Positions 9,515-18,689 of a stretch of 64,000 nt of DNA are shown here, piece by piece (the stretch's first letter is position 1; the number at the start of each line of letters is the position of its first letter). The DNA is taken from the NCBI GenBank assembly GCA_965660445.1, contig CBFIAK010000001.1:320001-384000 (forward strand), in the 5' to 3' direction. The notes under the pieces were generated by a model. That model saw nothing but the letters and a program-made list of their open reading frames with translations, was not told where the DNA came from and searched no databases. Made by a program: the position numbers and the translations under genes. This DNA is from Patescibacteria group bacterium (GTDB lineage Bacteria > Patescibacteriota > Gracilibacteria > UBA4473).

Positions 9515-10459
9515 ATGAAGTATTCTGATATTATACATGATGCGTGGCGACTAACGGTGAATACTGGAAAGTTAAAATGGCTTTGCTTTGTTTCCAGCTT
9601 TGCAGCTGTTATTTTTTTTGTGGCTGAAATATTGTGGCAAGCGGGCTTGCTTTCAGAAGAGCTTGGTATATTAGAACCTTCTTATGTATATAGTAAGATT
9701 GGAGATTTATTGGCCTTTATAATGAATAATAATTTGCTCGGATGGGCGATTTTTTTTGTTATTTTTATACTGCTTTTTCAGTTTGCATTACCGTCTTGGA
9801 TTTTATCGTCTTTGATTTTAGGTATTAAAGACCGATTTGAGTATCCAGACCGATATTTTTCAGGGCGACAAATTGTAATTGATGGGTTTCAGTATTTTCC
9901 AAAACTGGTGGAACTCCATGCGATTTTATCACCGTTTTCGTTTATGACAATTACATTTTTTTCTATCACACTGTATCGTTATTATCATGGTGAGATATAT
10001 GAAAATATATTTTTACCTTTGTTATTACTCTTTCTGGTGTTCTCTCTTATTGTGAATATTTTTACTGTTTTTGCTCCTTTTTTTATAGTCTTGGATGATG
10101 TGCCGGTCATGACTTCTATCAAAAAAAGTATTGGTCTCGTATTTTTAAATTTTGAATCAACGTTATCTGTTATTGTTATAATGTTGCTTGTAAATATAAG
10201 AGTTATTGTGAATGTTATTGTTGTAATAGGTGTGCCAATGGGACTCTTCTTTGCTCTCTCGTTTTTTGCAAAATCATCATGGTTTGGAATCGCTATTTCA
10301 TTGGTCGCTTTGCTTGGATTAGCTCTTTTAGCTTTAGCCGCTTATTTAACAGCGATTGTTGAGGTTTTTTCAAATGCTGTTTGGGTGAAATCTTATGAGA
10401 CACTCAAACAAAAACAAAAAGAATATATTCGAGAATCTCTTCATCACTCTACTTTGTAA
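9515..10459 (+). CDS. Multi-pass membrane protein
   Basis: About 7 hydrophobic segments. Confidence 0.75.
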   Translation: MKYSDIIHDAWRLTVNTGKLKWLCFVSSFAAVIFFVAEILWQAGLLSEELGILEPSYVYSKIGDLLAFIMNNNLLGWAIFFVIFILLFQFALPSWILSSLILGIKDRFEYPDRYFSGRQIVIDGFQYFPKLVELHAILSPFSFMTITFFSITLYRYYHGEIYENIFLPLLLLFLVFSLIVNIFTVFAPFFIVLDDVPVMTSIKKSIGLVFLNFESTLSVIVIMLLVNIRVIVNVIVVIGVPMGLFFALSFFAKSSWFGIAISLVALLGLALLALAAYLTAIVEVFSNAVWVKSYETLKQKQKEYIRESLHHSTL

Positions 10460-11058
10460 TGAAGTGGATATTTTTGGCTCTCGTCTGTATTGGGACGAGT
10501 ATATTGTGGTGGGGGTGGCACGATGTGTATGGCTGGGAAAAAGGATTATATGCTCATTCTCATGGTGTAGTTTGGAATGATGAATTATTTCTCTTTCAGC
10601 ATGAAATATCATCATCTTCAGATTTTCTCCCATTATTGCAGAGTCGGCTTCGTCCAAAACAAGTACAATCATTTTTTGAAGGAGAGATTGGTCATTGGTA
10701 CCAATATCAGGATATAAAACGAGTGCGTTTGTCGTCTGGAGTTTCGGCTCTTCTTTTTCCCGAAATGAGATTATGGGTTGTGCGAGAATTTGATTCTGAT
10801 GATCTAGAGGTCTTTCATCGTACCCCTATTGATATAAAAGCAGATGTTTTAATTTGGATGGCGGATTCTCAGATTCCTTTTTTAAATCCAAAAATACTCA
10901 TATGGTATCCGAAAACAATTTCATCATCTATACGGTCTTGGGCGGCAGAATTCTCAGTGTCGATTATTCAACCAAAAAAAGAAGGACTCGTCTTTCTCGA
11001 ACCGAAAAATAATCAACTTCATCTTCATACACAATCGTCAAAAAAAGATAAAAAATAA
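10459..11058 (+). CDS. Hypothetical membrane-anchored protein
   Basis: N-terminal TM; TAATG coupling with the upstream gene. Confidence 0.65.
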   Translation: MKWIFLALVCIGTSILWWGWHDVYGWEKGLYAHSHGVVWNDELFLFQHEISSSSDFLPLLQSRLRPKQVQSFFEGEIGHWYQYQDIKRVRLSSGVSALLFPEMRLWVVREFDSDDLEVFHRTPIDIKADVLIWMADSQIPFLNPKILIWYPKTISSSIRSWAAEFSVSIIQPKKEGLVFLEPKNNQLHLHTQSSKKDKK

Positions 11059-11082
11059 TGTTTTTGAGGCATCAGAGAATCT

Positions 11083-11110
11083 TTGACTTTTTGAATGACG
11101 AGAGTATACT
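11083..11110 (+). promoter_or_regulatory. Sigma70-type promoter for rny and its leader
   Basis: TTGACT-N16-TATACT. Confidence 0.7.
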
Positions 11111-11114
11111 GCGT

Positions 11115-11397
11115 TTAAGCGTATTTTTTTTAAGAATTTAATATTTTAAAACCAGAAACAAGAGAAAGAATAAAGAAAGAGATTATGAAATAATGGGAAC
11201 TTGTAGAAAGAAATGATGAGAAAACACGATATCTTTTCAGTTATAAAAAAAGGAATGAACAATCGTTTTGTATTCAATAAATCACATTGGTATTTGTGCC
11301 GAGGCATCTCGGTCTGTGGGTAAAAATTCTCATTTTTTGTTTTCCAGTAAAGGAATAATTAAGTGTTCTTAAAGAAAAAAGAAGGCGTTACAAGCTT
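11115..11397 (+). ncRNA. Putative structured RNA / long leader upstream of rny
   Basis: No ORF; 5' and 3' ends are complementary; internal hairpin GCCGAG-GCAT-CTCGGT. Confidence 0.4.
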
Positions 11398-11420
11398 TAT
11401 TTTTTAATTTTTTTACACAA

Positions 11421-12956
11421 ATGGAGATTATTATAGCAGGATTAGTAGCTCTCGCCGGTGGTGTAGGAATTGGTTTTTTTGTATGGAGACCTAAAACTCA
11501 AAAGATACACGAAAAAGCAGAATCAGAAGCCCTTGATCGACTCAATAGAGCCAAGAAGGAGTCTGAAGACTTATTGTCTTCTGCCCGTCGTGAAGCACAA
11601 AAAATAAATCAACAAACCTTACAGGAAGAAGCAAAAGCACGAGAGCGTATTACTGAGCTTCAGCGTCAGGCCGATGCTCGTATTGAAAAGAGAGAAGAAG
11701 TTGTTGAGCAGAAGCTCGAAAAAACAGAAAAAAAACGAGAAGAGTACGAAAACGGGATAAAAGAATATGAACAGAAGACAGAAGAACTTCAGAAACGTAT
11801 TGATGAACAAAATAAGGTTTTAGAATCTATTTCTCAGCTCTCAAAAGATGAAGCAAAAGCACAATTGTTTGATCGTATGGAAAAAGAGGCAGATGAAGCG
11901 TTATCAGAGACATTAAAACGTCGAGTTGATCTTATGCGTGAAAAAGCAGATGAAGAAGCCAGTATGATTTTAGTGCAGGCTATTCAGCGTTATGCATCAG
12001 AAACAACCAATGAAACAACGACCTCAACGGTTAAAATTGATTCAGAAGAAATGAAAGGGAAAATTATCGGACGGGAAGGGCGAAATATCAATGCTTTTGA
12101 GATGATGTCAGGGGTCGATGTTATTATTGACGATACGCCTGGAACGATTACGATTTCATCGTTTGATATGTTTCGTCGATATGTGGCAAAAATTGCTCTT
12201 GAACGATTATTGAAAGATGGTCGTATCAATCCTTCAAAAATAGAAGAATGTTTACGGAGCGCACAAGACAGCACCGATAAACTGATTTTAGAAATTGGTC
12301 AAAAAGCGGCTCATGAAATTTTTGCAGAAAAATTACCAGATCAAATTTTAAAACTCATCGGACGATTACGGTTTCGAACATCGTATGGTCAAAACGTATT
12401 AAATCACTCGATTGAAGTGGCGTACTTAGCAGAAGGAATTGCTCATGAAATTCCGGGAGCAAATCCTGATATTTGTCGAAAAGCAGGGCTTGTACATGAT
12501 ATTGGAAAAGCAGTATCTCATGAGATTGAAGGAGGACACGCAGTTATTGGTATGGAGATTTTGCAGAAATTTAATATTGATCCTCGTATTGTAACCGCTA
12601 TGAAATCTCATCACGAAGATTTTCCTTATGAGTCTATTGAAGCTCGTATTTTACAAGCTGCTGATGCAATTTCCGCGTCTCGACCAGGGGCGCGACGTGA
12701 TACATTAGAAAAATATATTCGACGGTTAAAAGAACTAGAAGCGATATCTACTGCTTTTGCAGGAGTTGAAAAAGCGTATGCATTACAAGCTGGGCGAGAA
12801 GTAAGAGTGTTTGTAAATGCAAAGGAAATGTCGGATAGTGATTCGGAAAAACTGTCTTTCAATATTGCACGAAAAATAGAAAAAGATTGTCAGTATCCTG
12901 GAGAAGTGCAAGTAGCTGTAATTCGAGAAAATCGGTTTAAAAACGTTGCACGGTAA
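11421..12956 (+). CDS. rny: Ribonuclease Y
   Basis: N-terminal TM, coiled coil, KH domain (MKGKIIGREGRNI), HD domain (HDIGK, ADAISASRPGAR). Confidence 0.98.
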   Translation: MEIIIAGLVALAGGVGIGFFVWRPKTQKIHEKAESEALDRLNRAKKESEDLLSSARREAQKINQQTLQEEAKARERITELQRQADARIEKREEVVEQKLEKTEKKREEYENGIKEYEQKTEELQKRIDEQNKVLESISQLSKDEAKAQLFDRMEKEADEALSETLKRRVDLMREKADEEASMILVQAIQRYASETTNETTTSTVKIDSEEMKGKIIGREGRNINAFEMMSGVDVIIDDTPGTITISSFDMFRRYVAKIALERLLKDGRINPSKIEECLRSAQDSTDKLILEIGQKAAHEIFAEKLPDQILKLIGRLRFRTSYGQNVLNHSIEVAYLAEGIAHEIPGANPDICRKAGLVHDIGKAVSHEIEGGHAVIGMEILQKFNIDPRIVTAMKSHHEDFPYESIEARILQAADAISASRPGARRDTLEKYIRRLKELEAISTAFAGVEKAYALQAGREVRVFVNAKEMSDSDSEKLSFNIARKIEKDCQYPGEVQVAVIRENRFKNVAR

Positions 12957-13057
12957 AAATGTTTCGTTTTGAAAAGAGTCTTTGCTGTGTCATACAACGA
13001 GCAAAGACTTTTTTTCTTGAAAAAAAAGGTATTTTATGCAGAATCGAAACGTAAGTC

Positions 13058-15601
13058 ATGTCAACTCCTGTACAACGTCAATATTGGGAACTTAAAAACC
13101 AAAATCCAGATGCGGTTTTATTTTTTCGACTTGGGGATTTTTATGAACTGTTTTACGAAGATGCTGTGGTTGGATCAAAAGTATTGGGTATAACGCTTAC
13201 GGCTCGACATAAAGGAACGGATAACCAAATGCCTATGTGTGGGTTTCCTTACCATGCTCATGAAGAATATTTACGTGTTTTGTTGCAATCTGGGTATAAA
13301 GTGGCTATTGCCGAACAGCAAGAAGATACAGACGGGAAAATTTATCGCCGTATTGATCGAATTGAAACACCTGGAACATCAGTGTCTTTAGGAGAATCAG
13401 ATCAAACAAAAAATAGAATTGTGAGTACTTTTTCGAAGTATAAAAACGGATATTCATGTGCCGCTTTAGATTTTACGACTGGTTCTTTTTGGGTGTTTTC
13501 GTCAGAAAAACAATCAGAAGTCATTGATATGATCCAGTCTTTTCAGCCACAAGAATTGGTGTGTACACAAGATGTTTTTGAAGACGATTCTCTTATGGAT
13601 GCGTTTCCAAAAACCCATAGAACAGTTCGTAATGATAAAAAGAAATCCGAAAACGAATCGAAAGTGCTTCAACAATTTCAGGTGCCAAGTTTTGATATTC
13701 TTGATATTGACTCATCAACAGCAGAAGTGCACTGTATTGCTCGACTCCTTTTTTATATAGAAGATACTCAGCGTACACAAACGAACCATATTTGTCATAT
13801 ACAGCGGTATGATCAAAAACATCATGTTGCGTTAGATCCTATTACATACCGACATTTAGAGATATTTGAATCACTCCATCCCGATGAAAAAAACGCAACA
13901 CTGTATTCTGTATTTGATCGTGCCTCGACTCCTATGGGAGCAAGAATGCTTCGGCAATGGTTGGCGCATCCTTTGTATAATGAAAAACAAATACAAAAGC
14001 GACTCGATTGTGTGGAAGTTCTTCTTAAAGATCGACCATATAGAGACCAAATTGCTGAATCATTACACCAGATTCCAGACCTAGAACGACTTTTGTCTCG
14101 TTGTGTTATTGGCAGGGGAACTCCAAAAGATTTTGGTGCTTTTCGAGATGCTTTTTCTGTTTTTCCAAACTTGTATACACTTTGCAAGAAGAGTGATGGG
14201 CTATTTGACGAGTATGCGGTTCTTTTTCAAGGATTTGAATCGCTTTACACGCTTCTTGATTCTCACTTAACCGAAAGTCCACCCGTACAAATGAGTATTG
14301 GTGGAATTTTCAAAGCAGGAGTTTCAAAAGAGCTTGATGAATATTTTGATTTGTTTATGAATGGAAAACAGTGGTGTGATCGTTATACCGAAGAACAAAA
14401 AAAAGAAACGGGTATTACAACTTTGAGGGTAAAATATTCGAATAATTTTGGGTATTGTTTTGAAGTTTCAAAATCACATATTAAAAACGTGCCTTCCTCA
14501 TGGGAGCGACGTCAAACATTAGTGAACGCTGAACGGTTTACTACACCTGAATTAAAAAATTATGAAGAACGTGTTTTATCTGCCGAGGGAGAGATAGCAC
14601 GGATACAGCAACAATTATTTGAATCACTGAGGGATCAGTTTTTGCACTTTGTATCAGCTATTCAAAAAGTATCAGCGGGGATTGCTTTTCTTGATGGAGT
14701 GCATACATTGTCTCGAACAGCACTTCAGTGGGGATGGACAAAACCCGTAATGGATGATTCTGGTGTCTTGCATATAACAAAAGGAAGACATCCTGTGGTA
14801 GAAAAATTATCAAAAGATCCCTTTATTGCGAATGATATTGTTTTAAAACCAGAAGGAATTCATATGATTACGGGGCCGAATATGGCTGGAAAATCAACGT
14901 TTTTAAGACAGAATGCTCTTTTACTCATACTTGCTCAGATGGGATCATTTGTACCAGCAGAAAGAATGGTATTTACTCCTGTTGATCGTATTTTTACACG
15001 AGTAGGGGCATCGGATAATTTAGCTGGTGGAAAATCAACGTTTTTTGTAGAAATGACAGAAACAGCTCGTATTTTAAGAAACGCAACGAATAAGAGTTTC
15101 GTTATTCTTGATGAAATTGGAAGAGGAACCTCAACATTCGATGGATTGTCTCTTGCGTGGGCGATAACTCATTATATTCACGATGAAATAAAGTGTAAGA
15201 CTTTATTTGCCACCCATTATCATGAACTTATTGATACGGCGAACTCTCTTAAGAATGTACAAAACTTTCATGTTCGTGTTGCACAAGATAGTACAGGAAT
15301 TGTGTTTTTACGACGTATTGAATCGGGTGGTATTTCTGACTCGTTTGGAATAGAAGTCGCTCTTTCTGCAGGCATTCCACAAAAAGTAATTACGCATGCC
15401 AAACATATCTTAAAACGACTTGAGTCGCAATCGCACCCACCACAGCTACAAATGGGGCTTTTTGAAACTCAAAAGGAACAAAACAATAAAGTTTCTCCTC
15501 TTGAAGAAGCCATTCGATGTTATGATATTAATAATAAGACTCCCAAAGAAGCGCTTGACTTTTTATTTCACTTAAAGGCTCTATTGTCAGACGAAATTTA
15601 G
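13058..15601 (+). CDS. mutS: DNA mismatch repair protein MutS
   Basis: FRLGDFYELF, ITGPNMAGKST, DEIGRGTST, FATHYHEL. Confidence 0.98.
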   Translation: MSTPVQRQYWELKNQNPDAVLFFRLGDFYELFYEDAVVGSKVLGITLTARHKGTDNQMPMCGFPYHAHEEYLRVLLQSGYKVAIAEQQEDTDGKIYRRIDRIETPGTSVSLGESDQTKNRIVSTFSKYKNGYSCAALDFTTGSFWVFSSEKQSEVIDMIQSFQPQELVCTQDVFEDDSLMDAFPKTHRTVRNDKKKSENESKVLQQFQVPSFDILDIDSSTAEVHCIARLLFYIEDTQRTQTNHICHIQRYDQKHHVALDPITYRHLEIFESLHPDEKNATLYSVFDRASTPMGARMLRQWLAHPLYNEKQIQKRLDCVEVLLKDRPYRDQIAESLHQIPDLERLLSRCVIGRGTPKDFGAFRDAFSVFPNLYTLCKKSDGLFDEYAVLFQGFESLYTLLDSHLTESPPVQMSIGGIFKAGVSKELDEYFDLFMNGKQWCDRYTEEQKKETGITTLRVKYSNNFGYCFEVSKSHIKNVPSSWERRQTLVNAERFTTPELKNYEERVLSAEGEIARIQQQLFESLRDQFLHFVSAIQKVSAGIAFLDGVHTLSRTALQWGWTKPVMDDSGVLHITKGRHPVVEKLSKDPFIANDIVLKPEGIHMITGPNMAGKSTFLRQNALLLILAQMGSFVPAERMVFTPVDRIFTRVGASDNLAGGKSTFFVEMTETARILRNATNKSFVILDEIGRGTSTFDGLSLAWAITHYIHDEIKCKTLFATHYHELIDTANSLKNVQNFHVRVAQDSTGIVFLRRIESGGISDSFGIEVALSAGIPQKVITHAKHILKRLESQSHPPQLQMGLFETQKEQNNKVSPLEEAIRCYDINNKTPKEALDFLFHLKALLSDEI

Positions 15602-15686
15602 GGAAATGATGAGAGTGGATATGGAATTTTAGTTGCTTTTCTTTTTCAATTTGCTAAAAAAAGAACAGTATATAGATATATTGAAT

Positions 15687-15854
15687 ATGCCACAAAAGGT
15701 ACGCATTTTTTGTCCAGATTGTCGAGGAAGGTTTTTTGTCGACCGTTCCGATATCGTAGAAGAAGATGTTCTTGAATGCCCTTTGTGTAGTGCAGAAATA
15801 GAGATTTTATCAGAAGACCCAATTCAAATTCGATTGGTACAAGATGAATATTAG
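15687..15854 (+). CDS. Small acidic zinc-ribbon protein (LysW-like fold)
   Basis: CPDC...CPLC, 55 aa from ATG 15687; no EDWGE end. Confidence 0.65.
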   Translation: MPQKVRIFCPDCRGRFFVDRSDIVEEDVLECPLCSAEIEILSEDPIQIRLVQDEY

Positions 15855-15859
15855 CAAAG

Positions 15860-15889
15860 AAAAAAACCTGTGATTGTATCACAGGTTTT
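15860..15889. terminator. Bidirectional intrinsic terminator
   Basis: AAAACCTGTGAT-tgt-ATCACAGGTTTT between convergent genes. Confidence 0.75.
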
Positions 15890-15894
15890 ATATA

Positions 15895-16752
15895 CTAAAA
15901 TCGGAAAATAATACCTGTTTGCCAGCTTTCCATAAATGGAATTTGGCTGTATTCAATTTCAGTATATCGATACTGAATAAATACAAAAACATTCAAAGGT
16001 TTCAACACTTCAAGCGTGCCTTTTGCCTCAAAGTATTTTCCGGTTTGCCATACCACACTTCCCATTAACTCTAATTGGTAATGGAGGTTGTATGGATCTA
16101 ATGATTGATCAAATACAATACCAGCATTACCCATTATAGGGGTGTTTATGTGCGGTAACATTCCATTGAAGTCATAGCTGGAGAAGTTATTTAAGTAGGC
16201 TATTTTTACTCCTGCGTACGTTTTATGCATATCAGGAACAGCAAACCGAGTTGTTACTCCAGTGTAAATACTTCGGAGTCCATTGGGAGAATTTTGGTTT
16301 GTTTCTATCCGCCAATTCAGAAAAGGCGTCAAAAAAAACAAACTCTTATCCCATCCATATGGTGCGTGGTAATTCAGTACAAACCCTTTTGTTATAAACG
16401 ATTGGTCATAGTTATGAAAAAACGTTCGTGTTTCAACAATGGTTTGCTCTCTAAATGGAGCCATGTTTCTCCCTTGGTATACATACCCAGGAGAAAACAT
16501 CCATATTTGTGGAGGATTGGCAATATCAGCTTCACGTCGTAAATGTGAAAAATTGAATTTTAGACTGGCATTATTGATATCTCCTAGAAGAAGATGCCCA
16601 TAAAATCCAACATTCTCATCAACATCAAGATCTTGATATTGAAATCCGAGCGATATTTTTTCGGTCCCAATTGTTTGAGGGCTCTGAAAACACTGCCCAA
16701 AACTACTCTGAATAAGAGTAAAGATGAGCAGTGATAGGTATGATAATCTCAT
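15895..16752 (-). CDS. Secreted beta-rich protein, possible beta-barrel
   Basis: Signal peptide, alternating aromatic strands, ends QTGIIFRF. Confidence 0.6.
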   Translation of the reverse strand: MRLSYLSLLIFTLIQSSFGQCFQSPQTIGTEKISLGFQYQDLDVDENVGFYGHLLLGDINNASLKFNFSHLRREADIANPPQIWMFSPGYVYQGRNMAPFREQTIVETRTFFHNYDQSFITKGFVLNYHAPYGWDKSLFFLTPFLNWRIETNQNSPNGLRSIYTGVTTRFAVPDMHKTYAGVKIAYLNNFSSYDFNGMLPHINTPIMGNAGIVFDQSLDPYNLHYQLELMGSVVWQTGKYFEAKGTLEVLKPLNVFVFIQYRYTEIEYSQIPFMESWQTGIIFRF

Positions 16753-16968
16753 ACGAATCTCCTTTGTTTATTTATGAATATGTTGTATTATTTCCAATGT
16801 GAAAGAACTTTGTGATTACAAGTGTTATGAATGGTTTTTATGCCATCATAAAAGCACATATGTAATCATTTCTATAAATACATTTTATTTACTGATTAGT
16901 CAAGTGCTTTTCAGGATGTAAAAGTGAATGAAAGTATTGAGTTTTCTTGATTTTCATGGTATAATTAA

Positions 16969-18609
16969 GTGATGTCTGATAGTAATCAGTTGCAACATTT
17001 ACAAAGTATAAACCGTGAATTCGAAGAACGAGAGGTTGAATCTCGTGCTCGAAGTATGGGGATTGGATTTATAAATTTAGAAAAAGAGCATATTGCTTTT
17101 GATACATTACAAGTGATCTCAAAGCTTGATGCCTCAAAATACGGAGTATTGCCTTATTACAAAAACGGAAACCGGATTCATGTGGGCGTGCTAGATCCTG
17201 AAGATCCTAATACAAAAGCGTATTTAGAAATACTGAGAAAAAAATATATTGTTGAGGTTGCATTAACTTCTCGTACAGGGTTTGAGAACAAACTTTCAAT
17301 ATATGATTCTCCTTTATTGCAAAAGAAAAAAGAAGAACTTTCTCCTTTAGTGGCAGGGAAAAGTAGTGATTTGGATACAAATTTTCAAAAGAATATTGAA
17401 AATTTTGTATCATTTCGAGAAAAAATACAAAGCCTTTCTGGGCATCAAGCGTTCAATGAAATAAAAACAATGGCATTACATCTTGGAGTGTCGGATATTC
17501 ACCTAGAACCTTTTGAGAAAACCATATTTTTACGGTTTCGGATTGATGGTATCTTGTATGATATTTTTGAGATACCAATAGAACAAGCAGAAAAAATAAT
17601 TCTTCGTATTAAGTATGAAAGTGGTGTAAAATCAAATATAAAAACAGTGCCTCAAGATGGACATATTGATTACGAATACGAAGGTCGGAAAATTCATTTT
17701 CGAGTTTCATTGATTCCAACTCCATTCGTAGAATCAATTGTGCTTCGAGTGCTGGATCCTCAAAAAGGAAAATCTGATTTAGCACACTTAGGGTTTGATG
17801 ATTTTCTGCGTCAAAAGATAGAAAAAGAATTGATTCGAACTCAAGGGCTTGTTTTGGTCACTGGTCCAACAGGAAGTGGAAAAACAACATCTCTTTATGC
17901 ACTACTTCAAAAACTTAATGTTCGAGAAAAGAAGTTAGTAACGCTCGAAGATCCTATTGAGTATAGAATATCAGGAGTAAGTCAGTCACAAATAGATCCA
18001 AACGAAAACTATACCTTTGAAACAGGGTTTCAATCAGTATTGCGTCATGACCCAGACGTTATTTTAGTGGGAGAGATCAGAAGTCGTGAAACCGCAAGAC
18101 TGGCATGTGAAGCCTCTATGACAGGGCATTTGGTCTTGAGTTCTTTGCATACTAATTCTGCTATACAATCGATTGGACGACTTCGAAACTTAGGGATTGA
18201 TGATTTTAATATCGCTCCTTCTTTGAACATGATTATCGCTCAAAGATTGATTCGAAAGATACATCCTGATAGATGTATTAATGTTGAACTTCCTCTTGAA
18301 AATGAACGGTTTCGCCATGCGATTGATCGATTGAAACAGGTATTTCCTCAGTTAACAGTTCCTCAGACTATCCGACGTGATAAGGAAAGTGAAGACTATC
18401 CAAGTCCTTATGAAGGAAGAATGGCGATTGCAGAAATTTTGCGAGTAAATGATGATGTTCAAGAACTTATTCTTCAACGAAAATCGACAAGAGAAATTCA
18501 AAAATTTTTACAAGAAAAAACAGATTACCTTACTTTGTTTGAATACGGAGTTTTAAAAGTATTACAAGGAGAAACAACACTTGAGGAAGTATATCGAGTG
18601 GCAGGGTAG
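16969..18609 (+). CDS. pilB: Type IV pilus assembly ATPase PilB/GspE
   Basis: SDIHLEP, PQDG, GPTGSGKTT, TLEDPIEY, LRHDPDVILVGEIR, TGHLVLSSLH. Confidence 0.92.
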   Translation: MMSDSNQLQHLQSINREFEEREVESRARSMGIGFINLEKEHIAFDTLQVISKLDASKYGVLPYYKNGNRIHVGVLDPEDPNTKAYLEILRKKYIVEVALTSRTGFENKLSIYDSPLLQKKKEELSPLVAGKSSDLDTNFQKNIENFVSFREKIQSLSGHQAFNEIKTMALHLGVSDIHLEPFEKTIFLRFRIDGILYDIFEIPIEQAEKIILRIKYESGVKSNIKTVPQDGHIDYEYEGRKIHFRVSLIPTPFVESIVLRVLDPQKGKSDLAHLGFDDFLRQKIEKELIRTQGLVLVTGPTGSGKTTSLYALLQKLNVREKKLVTLEDPIEYRISGVSQSQIDPNENYTFETGFQSVLRHDPDVILVGEIRSRETARLACEASMTGHLVLSSLHTNSAIQSIGRLRNLGIDDFNIAPSLNMIIAQRLIRKIHPDRCINVELPLENERFRHAIDRLKQVFPQLTVPQTIRRDKESEDYPSPYEGRMAIAEILRVNDDVQELILQRKSTREIQKFLQEKTDYLTLFEYGVLKVLQGETTLEEVYRVAG

Positions 18610-18637
18610 AACGATTTTTTTTTCTGTTTTCTTCTAC

Positions 18638-18669
18638 AAAAAAGCTCCAATAGTATGGAGCTTTTTTTT
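18638..18669. terminator. Bidirectional intrinsic terminator
   Basis: AAAAAAGCTCCA-loop-TGGAGCTTTTTTTT. Confidence 0.8.
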
Positions 18670-18689
18670 GTTTTGTATTGTATTGAATG

